From Actinomycetales bacterium (lineage in GTDB: Bacteria; Actinomycetota; Actinomycetes; Actinomycetales; CAVURS01), in assembly GCA_045807245.1 (NCBI GenBank), contig JBJMHS010000005.1, positions 1 to 48,145 on the forward strand: a stretch of 48,145 nt of DNA, given 5' to 3'. Under the pieces are notes generated by a model. It ran no database searches. It was given only the letters and a program-made list of their open reading frames with translations, and was not told the origin of the DNA. Shown piece by piece: positions 1 through 9,672 of this stretch; the first letter of the stretch is position 1, and the number at the start of each line of letters is the position of its first letter. The position numbers were made by a program, and so were the translations under genes.

Positions 1-529
1 AGGACGGGATGCCCGCCCACTCCTGCGCGGTCGGGGGCACCCGCAGGCCGAGCGCCTCTACCGGACCTGGTGCGGGCCGGCCGAACCGGAGCAGCAGCCG
101 CCGCCAGCTGCTGAACGCCTCCTGCCCGGTCACCAGCTGCTCGACCGCAGCCGGCGCCAGGGACTCGAGCACCAGGCCGGTCCGGGGCACCCGCCAGCCG
201 GCGAACCGTCGGGCGGCTGCGCGGATGAGGTCGTGGCGCGGCTCGAACCCGGTGGTGTCGTCCTCGGCGCCGAGCAGGCGCGGCATCGTCTCCAGCGCCC
301 AGGTCGCACCCGGCCCCCACGCGGCGCCCTCCACCTCACCAGCGTCCGGCCGGGACGTGATCCGGATGGTCGCCGGACCCTCCGGCGTCACGCTGGCTCG
401 CCAGTGCGCACCGTCATCCGCAGCGACGTACGCCGGGTCACGCGGGCCGTGCCGGAGCAGCCCGATGGTCGCGGCCACCGCCACCGGCCGGCCGGGCCGC
501 CAGATCCTGGTCTGCTCCGCCTCGCTCAT
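1..529 (-). CDS. DNA-3-methyladenine glycosylase 2 (AlkA-like, HhH-GPD) family protein; only the 5' part is present, it runs off the window
   Basis: Not in the ORF track. My translation from ATG 529: MSEAEQTRIWRPGRPVAVAATIGLLRHGPRDPAY...WRASVTPEGPATIRI...AWGPGATWALETMPRLLGAEDD...RTGLVLESLAPAAVEQLVTGQEAFSSWRRLLLRFGRPAPGP. This matches the actinobacterial AlkA-like family. ATGA overlap with the upstream stop (526-529). Confidence 0.8.
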   Translation of the reverse strand, partial: MSEAEQTRIWRPGRPVAVAATIGLLRHGPRDPAYVAADDGAHWRASVTPEGPATIRITSRPDAGEVEGAAWGPGATWALETMPRLLGAEDDTTGFEPRHDLIRAAARRFAGWRVPRTGLVLESLAPAAVEQLVTGQEAFSSWRRLLLRFGRPAPGPVEALGLRVPPTAQEWAGIPS

Positions 530-1446
530 CCGGCCTCCGTCATGCGGTCGATCTCGCGGTCGCTGCGATCGTAGGCCCAGCCCGCCGCGGCGGCGATGAG
601 ATCGGCGACCAGCACGACGAACCGCGACACGATCGCGACCGCCGTCGCGGCCGAGCGCGGCATCATCGTCGCCAGGGTCAGGACGATGGCGACGTCGCGC
701 GCGCCGAGGCCGGCCGGGACGAACACGATGAGCAGCCCTACCGACGCAGCCAGGGCGTAGCCGAACCCGGCCGCCAACAACGCCCGGCCCGGGGGCGCGT
801 CCAGCCCGACGGCCAGCACCCACAGCTGCAGGCCGATCAGGAGCCACGCCACCGCGCTCACTGCGGCGGCGGCGGCAACGGCCCGTCGGCTGAACTCGTG
901 CTCGAGCGGCTCGCGACGCAACAGCTGAAGACCAAGCGCCACAAGGCGATTCAGCACCGGCGGGTGCAGGATGACGGCACCGGCCGGCAGCGCAACGAGC
1001 GCCAACAGCCAGGCCCGGTCGACGCCCCCGGCGACGAGGGCCGGCACCGCGAGAACGCCCAGCGCCAGCCCGACGACGATCGACAGACCGACCTGGACCA
1101 GTCCGACGACCGCAGTACGGCGCCGCGGCGCGCCGTGCCGGGCGGCCAGGTCGGACTGGGCCAACACGACCCAGAGCGAACCGGGCAGGTACTTGCCCAG
1201 CTGACCGACGAAGAACACGCCGGCTGCGAGCCGCCACGGCAGCGGTGAGCCCAGATCAGCCATCAGGATGCGCCACGCGGCGACGGTCGGGACCAGTCCG
1301 GCCAGCACGAGGACGACCGCGCTCAGGACGGCCCAGGCCGGGATGCTGCCGAGCTCCCCGGAGACCGAGTGCCAGGTGCGCACGACGGCGACGACGACGG
1401 CAGTCAGGACCAGCAGCGCCACGAGGGGCCGCACCACGCGCAGCAC
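526..1446 (-). CDS. Lysylphosphatidylglycerol-synthase TM domain (YbhN/flippase-like) membrane protein
   Basis: 306 aa, multiple TM segments, motifs FFVGQLGKYLPGSLW and PAGLGARD. TAGCCT -10 lies 6 nt before the GTG. Confidence 0.8.
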   Translation of the reverse strand: MLRVVRPLVALLVLTAVVVAVVRTWHSVSGELGSIPAWAVLSAVVLVLAGLVPTVAAWRILMADLGSPLPWRLAAGVFFVGQLGKYLPGSLWVVLAQSDLAARHGAPRRRTAVVGLVQVGLSIVVGLALGVLAVPALVAGGVDRAWLLALVALPAGAVILHPPVLNRLVALGLQLLRREPLEHEFSRRAVAAAAAVSAVAWLLIGLQLWVLAVGLDAPPGRALLAAGFGYALAASVGLLIVFVPAGLGARDVAIVLTLATMMPRSAATAVAIVSRFVVLVADLIAAAAGWAYDRSDREIDRMTEAG

Positions 1447-1481
1447 TCGGACAGGCTAGGCCAGGCAACTACGGTGAACTC

Positions 1482-2648
1482 GTGCGCTGGCTGGGCTTCG
1501 GGACCTACGACACGCGAGCCCATCCCCGGGTCGCTGTCCTGCTCGAGGGGTTGGCCGCGCTCGGCGAGGACGTGGAGGAGGTGGTCGAACCTCTGGGCCT
1601 GTCCACCGCGCAGCGGGTCGACCTGCTCCGGCGCCCGTGGCGCGTGCCGGCCCTGGCCGCCCGCCTCGCCGTGCGCTGGGCGCGGCTCGTCCGGCGGGGG
1701 CTGCCCGCGCTGGACCGCTCCTGCGATGCCGTCGTGGTGGGCTATCTCGGCCACTTCGACGTCCTGCTGGCCCGGTTGCTCGTCACGGGCGTCGGGCTGG
1801 CGCGGCGGCAGAGGCGCCCACGCATTGTGCTGGACCACCTCGTCTCGGCCAGCGGCACCGCGCAGGACCGCCGCCTGGCCGCCGGTGGTGGCGCGAAGGA
1901 CCGACTGCTCCGGGCCCTCGACGCGGCCGCCCTGCGCGCGGCCGACGTGGTGCTGGTCGACACACCGGAGCGTCTGCCCCAGCTGACCGACACCGGCCGC
2001 GAGCGCGCGCTCGTCGTCCCTGTCGGGGCGACGGAGTCCTGGTTCAGGGCCGGCGCCGCCCGACCGGTCGAAGCGGACGTGGACCGGCCGGTGCGCGTCG
2101 TGTTCGTCGGGCTGTTCACCCCGCTGCACGGGGCGATCACCATCGCTCGGGCGGTGGGCGAGCTCGGGCCGCTCCTGGACGACAGGCGCCTCGAGGTCAC
2201 CCTGGTGGGCTCCGGGCAGGACCACGCCGAGGCCAGGCGCGTCCTGGGCGCTCGAGCCGGCGTGACCTGGCAGGACTGGGTGCCCGCCGAGCAGCTCCCC
2301 GGAGTGGTGGCGGCCCACGACGTCGGCCTGGGGATCTTCGGCACGACGGCGAAGGCGTTGACCGTCGTACCGACCAAGGTCTTCCAGGCCGCCGCCGCCG
2401 GATGCGCCGTTGTGACGAGTGACACTGCGCCGCAACGGGATTCGCTGCGCGACGCCGCAGTGTTCGTCCCTCCGGGCGATGCGTCCGCACTGGCGTCGGC
2501 GCTCATGGCGCTCGCCTACGACCACGGATGGGTCCGCCGCCTTCAGCTCGCGGCGCGCGCCGTCGCCCATGACCGCTACCGGCCGGCTGCCGTGGCCGCA
2601 CCCCTGGTCGAGCGCCTGGCTCGCCGAGCCGGGAGGATCGGCCTGTGA
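1482..2648 (+). CDS. Glycosyltransferase family 4 (GT-B)
   Basis: Start re-called at GTG 1482 (TACGGT + 6 nt). Motifs VVFVGLFTPLHGA and HDVGLGIFG...VVPTKVFQAAAAGCAVVTSD. Confidence 0.85.
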   Translation: MRWLGFGTYDTRAHPRVAVLLEGLAALGEDVEEVVEPLGLSTAQRVDLLRRPWRVPALAARLAVRWARLVRRGLPALDRSCDAVVVGYLGHFDVLLARLLVTGVGLARRQRRPRIVLDHLVSASGTAQDRRLAAGGGAKDRLLRALDAAALRAADVVLVDTPERLPQLTDTGRERALVVPVGATESWFRAGAARPVEADVDRPVRVVFVGLFTPLHGAITIARAVGELGPLLDDRRLEVTLVGSGQDHAEARRVLGARAGVTWQDWVPAEQLPGVVAAHDVGLGIFGTTAKALTVVPTKVFQAAAAGCAVVTSDTAPQRDSLRDAAVFVPPGDASALASALMALAYDHGWVRRLQLAARAVAHDRYRPAAVAAPLVERLARRAGRIGL

Positions 2649-3409
2649 AGCCGCACCGGCCCGACGCCGACCCGCCGCTGTCGGCCCGCGGTGCGCTGCG
2701 CTGGGCGGTGGTGGAACCGCTGGTCGGCCGGCTGCGGCCGACGACGGTGCTCGAAGTCGGTTGCGGCCAGGGGGCGGTCGGAGCTCGGCTGGCCAAGCAC
2801 ACGTCGTACACGGGCATCGAACCCGACCCGGCGTCGTACGAGATCGCGCGCGAACGGATCGAGCCGCGCGGGGGCACGGTGCTCCATGGCGACGCCGGGG
2901 CGATCCCCTGGGGACACACGTACGACGTGGTGTGTGCGTTCGAGGTGCTCGAGCACATGGCGGACGACGCCGCTGCTCTCGGCCGCTGGGTGGTGCACGC
3001 ACGCAAGGGCGGCCATCTGGTCCTGTCCGTGCCGGAGGACCCGGACCGGTTCGGAGCCTCCGACGTGCACGTCGGCCATTACCGCCGCTACACCGAGGAG
3101 TCGTTGCACAAGGTGCTCGCTGGGGCCGGCCTGGACGACATCCGGCTCGTGCACTACGGCTGGCCGGTGGGCTATCTGCTGGAGGCGGCCTCGCACCGGG
3201 CGGCGCGACGGGATCTGCGGCGAGAGAGCACCGGCGACGGCTCAGCCGACGACCCGAGCTCGCGGTCGGTCGGTTCGGGCGGCTGGCGTCAGCCGGGTGG
3301 CCTGGCCGGACGGCTGCTGCAGCTCGGCACGGCACCCTTCGCCGCGGTCCAGGCGCGACGGCCGGACAAGGGAACCGGCCTGGTCGCCGTCGCACGCCGG
3401 CCGCACTGA
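2645..3409 (+). CDS. Class I SAM-dependent methyltransferase
   Basis: VLEVGCGQG, YDVVCAFEVLEH, GGHLVLSVP, GHYRRYT. GTGA overlap with the GT4 gene. Confidence 0.85.
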   Translation: MKPHRPDADPPLSARGALRWAVVEPLVGRLRPTTVLEVGCGQGAVGARLAKHTSYTGIEPDPASYEIARERIEPRGGTVLHGDAGAIPWGHTYDVVCAFEVLEHMADDAAALGRWVVHARKGGHLVLSVPEDPDRFGASDVHVGHYRRYTEESLHKVLAGAGLDDIRLVHYGWPVGYLLEAASHRAARRDLRRESTGDGSADDPSSRSVGSGGWRQPGGLAGRLLQLGTAPFAAVQARRPDKGTGLVAVARRPH

Positions 3410-3422
3410 GCCGCGCGCGACG

Positions 3423-4313
3423 TCACGCGTCGCGGGAGCGCACCACCAGGTCCGACAACAGCGCCAGTGAGGCGATCGTCAGGCCGGTCACGAACAGCAG
3501 CACCGTGCTGGCGGGGAAGTAGAACGGGTGCCGCACCATGTCGACGACACCCTTGGCCAGGGCGATCGCGATCAGCCACAACGCGGGCGGCATGAGGACC
3601 TTGAGCGGGTCGAAGTACATCACCATGCGCAGTACTTGCAGGATGTAGCGATAGGCGTCGCGCAGGAAGTGGAACTTGCTGCGGCCGGCGCGCTTGGCGT
3701 ACGTGATGTCGACGTACTTGATGTCGTGCTGGTTGGCCAGGAACGCCATGGTGATGGTGGTGACGCACGAGAACCCGGGCGGCAGCAGCCGCAGGTACGG
3801 CAGCGACACCTCGCGCCGGAAGGCACGCAGGCCGGAGTTGAGGTCGGGGATCGTCTGGTGAGTGAGCCGCTCGGCGATCTTGCGGATGAACCACTTCGCG
3901 GGCACGCGCAGGATCTTGTGCGTCCCCTCCTCGCTGGTGCGCGCGCCGACGACCTGGTCGTACGTCGGGTCGTCCCGCAGCATCCGCACCAGCTCGGGGA
4001 TGCGGTCGTTGGGGTAGGTCATGTCGGCGTCGGTCCACACCACGATCTCGCCCCGCGCTGACTGCGTGCCGATGCGCCGGGCCGTGCCCGAGCCGCCGTT
4101 GCGGCGGAACGCCGTCACCCGCAGATGCGGAAACCTCGAGCGGGCCGCGTTCAGAACCTCGAGAGTGTCGTCGGTCGACGCGTCGTCGATGGCCAGCAGC
4201 TCGTAGCTCAGCTCGCTCGCGTCGAGCGCGGCGGCGATCCGCTCCAGCTCCTGCAGCACGTGTTCGGCCTCGTTGAAGCAGGGCAGGACGACGGTGACGT
4301 AGGGGTTCGCCAT
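3423..4313 (-). CDS. GT2 glycosyltransferase, polyprenol-phosphate sugar synthase-like (DPM/Ppm-like) with C-terminal TM helices
   Basis: VVLPCFNEA, IDDASTD, WTDADMTY, DLNSGLRAFRR, YAKRAGRSKF and two C-terminal TM segments. Confidence 0.85.
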   Translation of the reverse strand: MANPYVTVVLPCFNEAEHVLQELERIAAALDASELSYELLAIDDASTDDTLEVLNAARSRFPHLRVTAFRRNGGSGTARRIGTQSARGEIVVWTDADMTYPNDRIPELVRMLRDDPTYDQVVGARTSEEGTHKILRVPAKWFIRKIAERLTHQTIPDLNSGLRAFRREVSLPYLRLLPPGFSCVTTITMAFLANQHDIKYVDITYAKRAGRSKFHFLRDAYRYILQVLRMVMYFDPLKVLMPPALWLIAIALAKGVVDMVRHPFYFPASTVLLFVTGLTIASLALLSDLVVRSRDA

Positions 4314-4326
4314 GGCGGGCGCGAGC

Positions 4327-6477
4327 CTACCCGGCGTCGGCCGGAGCGGGCGCCGACCACAGGTTGACGTCCAGGGGTTCCGAGCCGTCCGGGCGCTGGG
4401 TCAGGAGTCGCTGGTCCTCCAGGGTGTGCAGCAGGACGATCTGGGTCGGCCGGGCGCCGGCGGCGCGGAGCAGGTCCTCTCGGTCGGCGACGAGGACGAC
4501 CCGGCCACCACCGGCCGCGACCTGGGGCACGATCCGCCGGAGGGCGGCCACCAGGGCGGTCCGCCCGGCATCGGTGCTGGTGTTGGTGTCGCGCACGTGG
4601 ACCCCCAGTGTCGGCACGTTGCAGATGCCGCGGAGGTCCTGGACCCACTCGTTGGTGGTCCGCTCACCGATCGCCACCGCGACGTCGCCGGGCTGGAACG
4701 ACGCGCAGACCTTGTCGACCGCGCCGAGCTCACCGAGCTCGGTGCGCTGACGGTCCATCGGCTGGGTCGCGAGCCAGGCCGGCCAGACCAGGGCCAGCGC
4801 TCCGACCAGCACCGCCGCCGCAAGAACCGGCAGCGGTGCGCGGCGGCGCGCCAGCCGGACCAGCTGGGCGATCGCGGAGGTGGCCAGCAGGAGCACGCCG
4901 GGCAGCACCGAGACGACCAGGCGGCGGTCCGCCCACGGATGGTCGGGGGTGATCCCGGGTCGCAGCAGGATCATGACGATCGAGCCGGTCCCGATGGCGA
5001 AAGGACCGATCCAGGCCGGCAGCGGCTCGCCACGGACGAGTACCCGGCCGGCCCGGTACGACGCCAGGGCGGCGCCGACCCACGCCAGCACCACGGCGGC
5101 CACCCCGACCCACCAGGCCACCCAGCCCACGCTCTGCTCGGCGTACGTGCGGGTCCGGTCCACCGGCAGGCCTTGGGCGGCCTGGAGGACTGCCACGCTC
5201 GCACCGCTGGGTTCATGCGCGGACTGGTGGCCGACGAGCCACCACGGCCGGGTCGCCAACGCGACGCCCAAGAGCGCGACGGCGGCCAGGAGCACCCAGG
5301 GCAGTGCCCCGGCCAGCCGGGGTGGCCAGGCGCGCTCCCGGCGGCGCAGCCAGATCAGGGCCGCCAGCCCGGCGAGGGCCCCGAGCAGGCCGAGCGCCAG
5401 CAGCGGCAGCAACGAGCTGCCGACCAGACGCAGGTACGGGCGCGCCAGCACGAGGTCGACCAGGGCCGAGCCGGCCAGACCGACCGCCGTGCCGACCGCC
5501 AGCGGCCGGGCCACGGCCTGGCGGTACGGCGACCGGGCGGCCAGCAGGACGACGACCGGGATGAGCAGGACGACCTCGCGCACGGCGTCGATCCGGACCA
5601 GCCCGGCTCCCCCGAGCAGGAGCCCGGCCAGGACGGCCATGGAGCGCGCGCGCTCGGGTCGGCGGACCGCGTTCTCGGTCGTCGAGGCCAGCAGGAGGAG
5701 GGCAGCGCTGAGGGCCAGCAGGGCGGGCGGCTCGGAGTACGTCGACCGGCCGGCGTGCAGCACCGGGGCCGTCACGGCCGTCGCCAGCATCACGAGCGGG
5801 GCCCAGCGCGGGCCGACGGTCGCGGCGGTGAGGGCGCCGAGCGAGACCAGCGCCAGAGCGAGCAGGACGGCCGGCGTGACGAGCAGCCCCGTCCAGCCGC
5901 CCAGCCACATCCCGACCGACAGCCACGCCGGCGTACCGATCAGGAACTGTGGGACCACGGACGTACCGGTGCCGCGCCCCTGGCGGTAGAAGCCAGGGCT
6001 CGCGACCGCGACGTCCGGGTCGTCCACGACCTTCGCACCGCCGAGCCGGGCCACGTCGATGTCGATGGGCAGGCCGTGCTTGTCGGCGAGCTGCTGGGCA
6101 TAGAGCGCGTACGAGCCGGCGTCCCGGCGCAGCACCACATGCTCGTCGTGCGTCGCCGCCGCCCACAGCCCCGCACCGACCGCCACGGCGAGGCACAGCG
6201 CGAGCGACCACGGCGGCATCGGGCGAGCCACGACGCAGCGTGAGGCCCGGACCGCGACCCCGACGACGACCAGCAGCACCGGCAGGGCGACCACCGGCCG
6301 CCAGAGATGGGCGAGCGCGAGCGGCATCGCCACGAACGCACCGAGCAGCACGGTCGCGGCGGACGCGACCGCGAACCGGACCAGGAACCGCCCCGCCGCC
6401 CGCTCCCCCCGCAGCAACGGGCCCCACTCCGGAGTCTCCTCGTCAGGGCTCCGGACGCGCGCGGCCGCACTCGTCAC
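4327..6477 (-). CDS. Polytopic membrane protein, putative GT-C fold glycosyltransferase
   Basis: 716 aa, many TMs, early external loop with RRDAGSY, a TYSEPP motif and a C-terminal soluble domain. Co-oriented with the polyprenol-P GT2. GT-C assignment is inference. Confidence 0.6.
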   Translation of the reverse strand: MTSAAARVRSPDEETPEWGPLLRGERAAGRFLVRFAVASAATVLLGAFVAMPLALAHLWRPVVALPVLLVVVGVAVRASRCVVARPMPPWSLALCLAVAVGAGLWAAATHDEHVVLRRDAGSYALYAQQLADKHGLPIDIDVARLGGAKVVDDPDVAVASPGFYRQGRGTGTSVVPQFLIGTPAWLSVGMWLGGWTGLLVTPAVLLALALVSLGALTAATVGPRWAPLVMLATAVTAPVLHAGRSTYSEPPALLALSAALLLLASTTENAVRRPERARSMAVLAGLLLGGAGLVRIDAVREVVLLIPVVVLLAARSPYRQAVARPLAVGTAVGLAGSALVDLVLARPYLRLVGSSLLPLLALGLLGALAGLAALIWLRRRERAWPPRLAGALPWVLLAAVALLGVALATRPWWLVGHQSAHEPSGASVAVLQAAQGLPVDRTRTYAEQSVGWVAWWVGVAAVVLAWVGAALASYRAGRVLVRGEPLPAWIGPFAIGTGSIVMILLRPGITPDHPWADRRLVVSVLPGVLLLATSAIAQLVRLARRRAPLPVLAAAVLVGALALVWPAWLATQPMDRQRTELGELGAVDKVCASFQPGDVAVAIGERTTNEWVQDLRGICNVPTLGVHVRDTNTSTDAGRTALVAALRRIVPQVAAGGGRVVLVADREDLLRAAGARPTQIVLLHTLEDQRLLTQRPDGSEPLDVNLWSAPAPADAG

Positions 6478-6512
6478 GACGGGACGCTATCTCGCGCACC
6501 TACGCTGACCCG

Positions 6513-7256
6513 ATGCCCCGCGCCGCAGACACCCCGGCCGGCTTGCTCGCCGGCCTGTCCTCGAGCGACCCGACGCGGCCGCGACTGACCTGGTACGACG
6601 AGGCGCCGGGCCCGACGCAGGGCGAGCGGATCGAGCTGTCCGGCCGGGTGCTCACCAACTGGGTGGCCAAGGCCGCGAACCTGCTGCGGGACGAGCTGGA
6701 CATCGGCCCCGGCTCGCTGGTCGCGGTCGACCTCCCCGGGCACTGGCGTACGGCGTACTGGCTGCTCGCGTCCTGGTCGGTCGGGGCGCGCGTGGAGACC
6801 GGGCTCTGCCAGAGCCGGCCGGACGCCGTCGTGACCGACGACCCCGAGGCCTGGCCCGGCTCGCCGGTCGTGGCGGTCAGCCTCCCGGCGCTCGTCCGGG
6901 GCTGGGCCGGGCCGCCGCTGCCCTCAGGGGCGATCGACGAGGCTCGCGACCTGGCGACGTACCCCGACGCCTTCGTTGTGGCGGACGAGCCTGCGCCGGA
7001 CGCCGCAGCCCTGACGACGCGGTCCGGGACGTGGACGTTCGCTGACCTGATGAGGCAGGCGCGAGCGGCGGGCCTGGAGCCTCACGCACGGGTGCTGTCG
7101 ACGGCGGGGCCGGAGGACGCCGTCACGTCGTGGCTGGCAGCGTGGGCGGTCGACGGGTCCCTCGTGCTCGTCCGTCAAGCGCCAGCCGGCGCCGACGACG
7201 CCCGGCTGCGGCAGATCGCCGAGACCGAGCGGGTGACGGGCTACCAGCGCTTGTGA
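6513..7256 (+). CDS. TIGR03089 family protein (AMP-binding-like fold)
   Basis: Start re-called at ATG 6513 (TACGCT + 6 nt). DPTRPRLTWYD...ERIELSGRVLTNWVAKAANLL...VDLPGHW, and C-terminal AETERVT. Confidence 0.85.
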   Translation: MPRAADTPAGLLAGLSSSDPTRPRLTWYDEAPGPTQGERIELSGRVLTNWVAKAANLLRDELDIGPGSLVAVDLPGHWRTAYWLLASWSVGARVETGLCQSRPDAVVTDDPEAWPGSPVVAVSLPALVRGWAGPPLPSGAIDEARDLATYPDAFVVADEPAPDAAALTTRSGTWTFADLMRQARAAGLEPHARVLSTAGPEDAVTSWLAAWAVDGSLVLVRQAPAGADDARLRQIAETERVTGYQRL

Positions 7257-8785
7257 CCGAGTGGGTAGTGCTTGGCCTCGATGGCGATCCAGGTCTTCAC
7301 GGCGACCACACCGGTGGAGGCGAGGTGCACGCTGCGCTGGAACGCCTTGACGGCGGCGGCCGTCTCCGGCCCGAAGACGCCGTCGACCTCGACCTTGAGC
7401 TGCTTCTGAAGGACCTTGACCGCCGTGCCGTGCGAACCTTGCTTGAGGACAACTGTCCGGTAGCCGAGCAACGGGTAGGCGACCTTCTGCACGTGCGCCC
7501 AGGTGCCGGCGTCGACGACGCCGGTCGCATGGAGGTGGCGCGCGGTCTGGAACGCCTTGACCGCCCGGTAGGTGATCGGGCCGAACTCACCGTCGTACGG
7601 CTTGATCGCGAGCGCGATCTGGAGGGCGCGCACCGCGTTGCCGCGAGATCCCTTGCGCAGCAAGGTCTTCAGGTACGGCGAGACACTGGTCGTGTGAGCG
7701 AGCTGGTCGAGCGAGGGTAGTCCCGAGGCCGACGTGCTGGTGCCGCCGCCGGTCGGGGGCTTCGGTGCGGGCGGCTTCGGAGCGGATGGAGCGGGTGGCG
7801 CCGGTGGCGCGGGGACGAGCTTGGCCCAGGTGGCCTTGTCCAGCACACCGGTCAGCGGCACCTTGTGCGTGCGCTGCCAGGCCAGCAGAGCCGTGCGGGT
7901 CGTGGGGCCGAACGCGCCGTCGGCCGCGATCTTCAACGCCTTCTGCGCGACCTTGACGGTGCTGCTCGTCTGGCCCGGCCAGACCAGGGCGTAGGCCGAC
8001 TTGGGCGCAGCCGGCGGCGAGACGCAGGCAGCGGTCCGGCGGACGGAGTAGATGGGCGCGGGCTGACCGGCGTACGGGCGGCAAGGGCCCTGGTCGGCGG
8101 CGATGACCGCCGTACCGGTCCACCAGGATGTGCGCTTCAGGGCGCCGTCCCAGCTGAAGCTGAAGTGGATGTGGTCGGTGTGGTCCGACTCGCCGCTGTA
8201 CGGGCGCCAGCCGTCCTGCATCCGGTAGACGCCCCAGATGTGCTTGTCCCAGATGATGTACTCGATGCCGAAGCGGCGGGCCATCTCGCCCTTGTTCGCG
8301 ACCAGCCAGGTGACGACGTGCTGCGCGGTGGCGCGGTCCTTCGTCGTCGAGGGGATGTGCCAGTCCCAGGCGCGGCCCTCCTTGTGCTCGCTCGTCGCGC
8401 CGATGTAGCAGCTGCGGACGATGCCAGCACTGACCCCGGTCCTGTAGGTCGTGAGCATGAGGTTCATGAAGGCCACGACGCCGGGCTTGGCCACCGGGTC
8501 GCAGCTGTCCTGCGGCTGGTAGGCCGAGGCGATGTCGACGACCTTGCTCAGCGGCTTGGCCGGCTTGGGCGTCGGGTAGAGGGTGACCGGCGACGTGGGA
8601 GGCGTCGTCGTGGCCTGTGCCTGGCTGGCCCCGCCGGGGGTCAGCCCGACCACGACCGCGGGCAGGGTGAGCGCGACCGAGCCGGCCGTCAGGGCTCGCG
8701 TGCCGGCGCCCGTGGAGGAGGCCGGGGGGACGCGGTGCCGCGCCTGGTACCGAGGCCGCCGGGTCGCGCGCGCGGAAGAGCTCAT
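7241..8785 (-). CDS. Secreted peptidoglycan-binding protein: putative Zn peptidase (H-x6-D / HxH) domain + three PG_binding_1 domains
   Basis: Signal-like N-terminus, SEHKEGRAWD and HTDHIHFS, three DG.FGP.T..A..AFQ...L..TG repeats, Pro-rich linker. Confidence 0.8.
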   Translation of the reverse strand: MSSSARATRRPRYQARHRVPPASSTGAGTRALTAGSVALTLPAVVVGLTPGGASQAQATTTPPTSPVTLYPTPKPAKPLSKVVDIASAYQPQDSCDPVAKPGVVAFMNLMLTTYRTGVSAGIVRSCYIGATSEHKEGRAWDWHIPSTTKDRATAQHVVTWLVANKGEMARRFGIEYIIWDKHIWGVYRMQDGWRPYSGESDHTDHIHFSFSWDGALKRTSWWTGTAVIAADQGPCRPYAGQPAPIYSVRRTAACVSPPAAPKSAYALVWPGQTSSTVKVAQKALKIAADGAFGPTTRTALLAWQRTHKVPLTGVLDKATWAKLVPAPPAPPAPSAPKPPAPKPPTGGGTSTSASGLPSLDQLAHTTSVSPYLKTLLRKGSRGNAVRALQIALAIKPYDGEFGPITYRAVKAFQTARHLHATGVVDAGTWAHVQKVAYPLLGYRTVVLKQGSHGTAVKVLQKQLKVEVDGVFGPETAAAVKAFQRSVHLASTGVVAVKTWIAIEAKHYPLGHKRW

Positions 8786-8892
8786 ACAGGCCCTTCGGCC
8801 TCATGGCGTGTCGACTTGACTCCTAGGACATCCCTGTACGGCCCGACGGAGGCCGGCCAGCCGGTCGGACCGCCCGAGATAGGGTCCGCGTC

Positions 8893-9672
8893 ATGGACAA
8901 GGTGGTCCCCTCGGCGGCGGAGGCCGTGGCCGACGTCCCGGACGGCGCGTCGTTGGCGGTCGGCGGGTTCGGGTTGTGCGGCATCCCCAGTGTGCTCATC
9001 GCCGCGCTGCTCGAGGCGGGCACGACCGACCTGGAGGCGATCTCCAACAACTGCGGCGTCGACGACTGGGGCTTGGGCCTGCTGCTGCGGGCGAAGCGGA
9101 TCCGGCGGATGGTGTCGAGCTACGTCGGGGAGAACAAGGAGTTCGAGCGCCAGTACCTGCAGGGCGAGCTCGAGGTGGAGCTGACCCCGCAGGGCACGCT
9201 GGCCGAGCGGCTGCGGGCCGGCGGGTCGGGCGTGCCGGCGTTCTTCACGGCCACGGGCGTCGGGACGCAGGTGGCCGAGGGCGGCCTGCCGTGGCGGTAC
9301 GGACCGGACGGGTCGGTGGCGGTGGCCTCCCCCGCCAAGGAGGTCCGCGAGTTCGAGTTCCTGGGTCAGCGTCGCGGGTACGTCCTGGAGCGGGCCATCA
9401 GCGCTGACTTCGCACTGGTGAGGGCGCTGCGCGGGGACCGCCACGGCAACCTCGTCTTCCACGAGAGTGCGCGCAACTTCAACCCGCTGTGCGCGATGGC
9501 CGGGCGGGTCACGGTCGCCGAGGTCGAGGAGCTGGTCGAGCCGGGCGAGCTGGATCCGGACACCATCCACCTGCCCGGCATCTTCGTGCAGCGTGTGGTC
9601 GCGCTGACGCCGGACCAGGTCGTCGACAAGCGGATCGAGCGCCGCACGACGCGACCCCGAGGAGACAGCTGA
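8893..9672 (+). CDS. scoA: Succinyl-CoA:3-oxoacid CoA-transferase subunit A
   Basis: [47 protein letters not shown]. Confidence 0.93.
   Translation: MDKVVPSAAEAVADVPDGASLAVGGFGLCGIPSVLIAALLEAGTTDLEAISNNCGVDDWGLGLLLRAKRIRRMVSSYVGENKEFERQYLQGELEVELTPQGTLAERLRAGGSGVPAFFTATGVGTQVAEGGLPWRYGPDGSVAVASPAKEVREFEFLGQRRGYVLERAISADFALVRALRGDRHGNLVFHESARNFNPLCAMAGRVTVAEVEELVEPGELDPDTIHLPGIFVQRVVALTPDQVVDKRIERRTTRPRGDS

Noticed and set aside
8786..8892. c-di-AMP (ydaO) riboswitch upstream of the wall hydrolase gene
   Set aside because: The conserved elements are not seen and the region is too short. The same applies upstream of the amidase.
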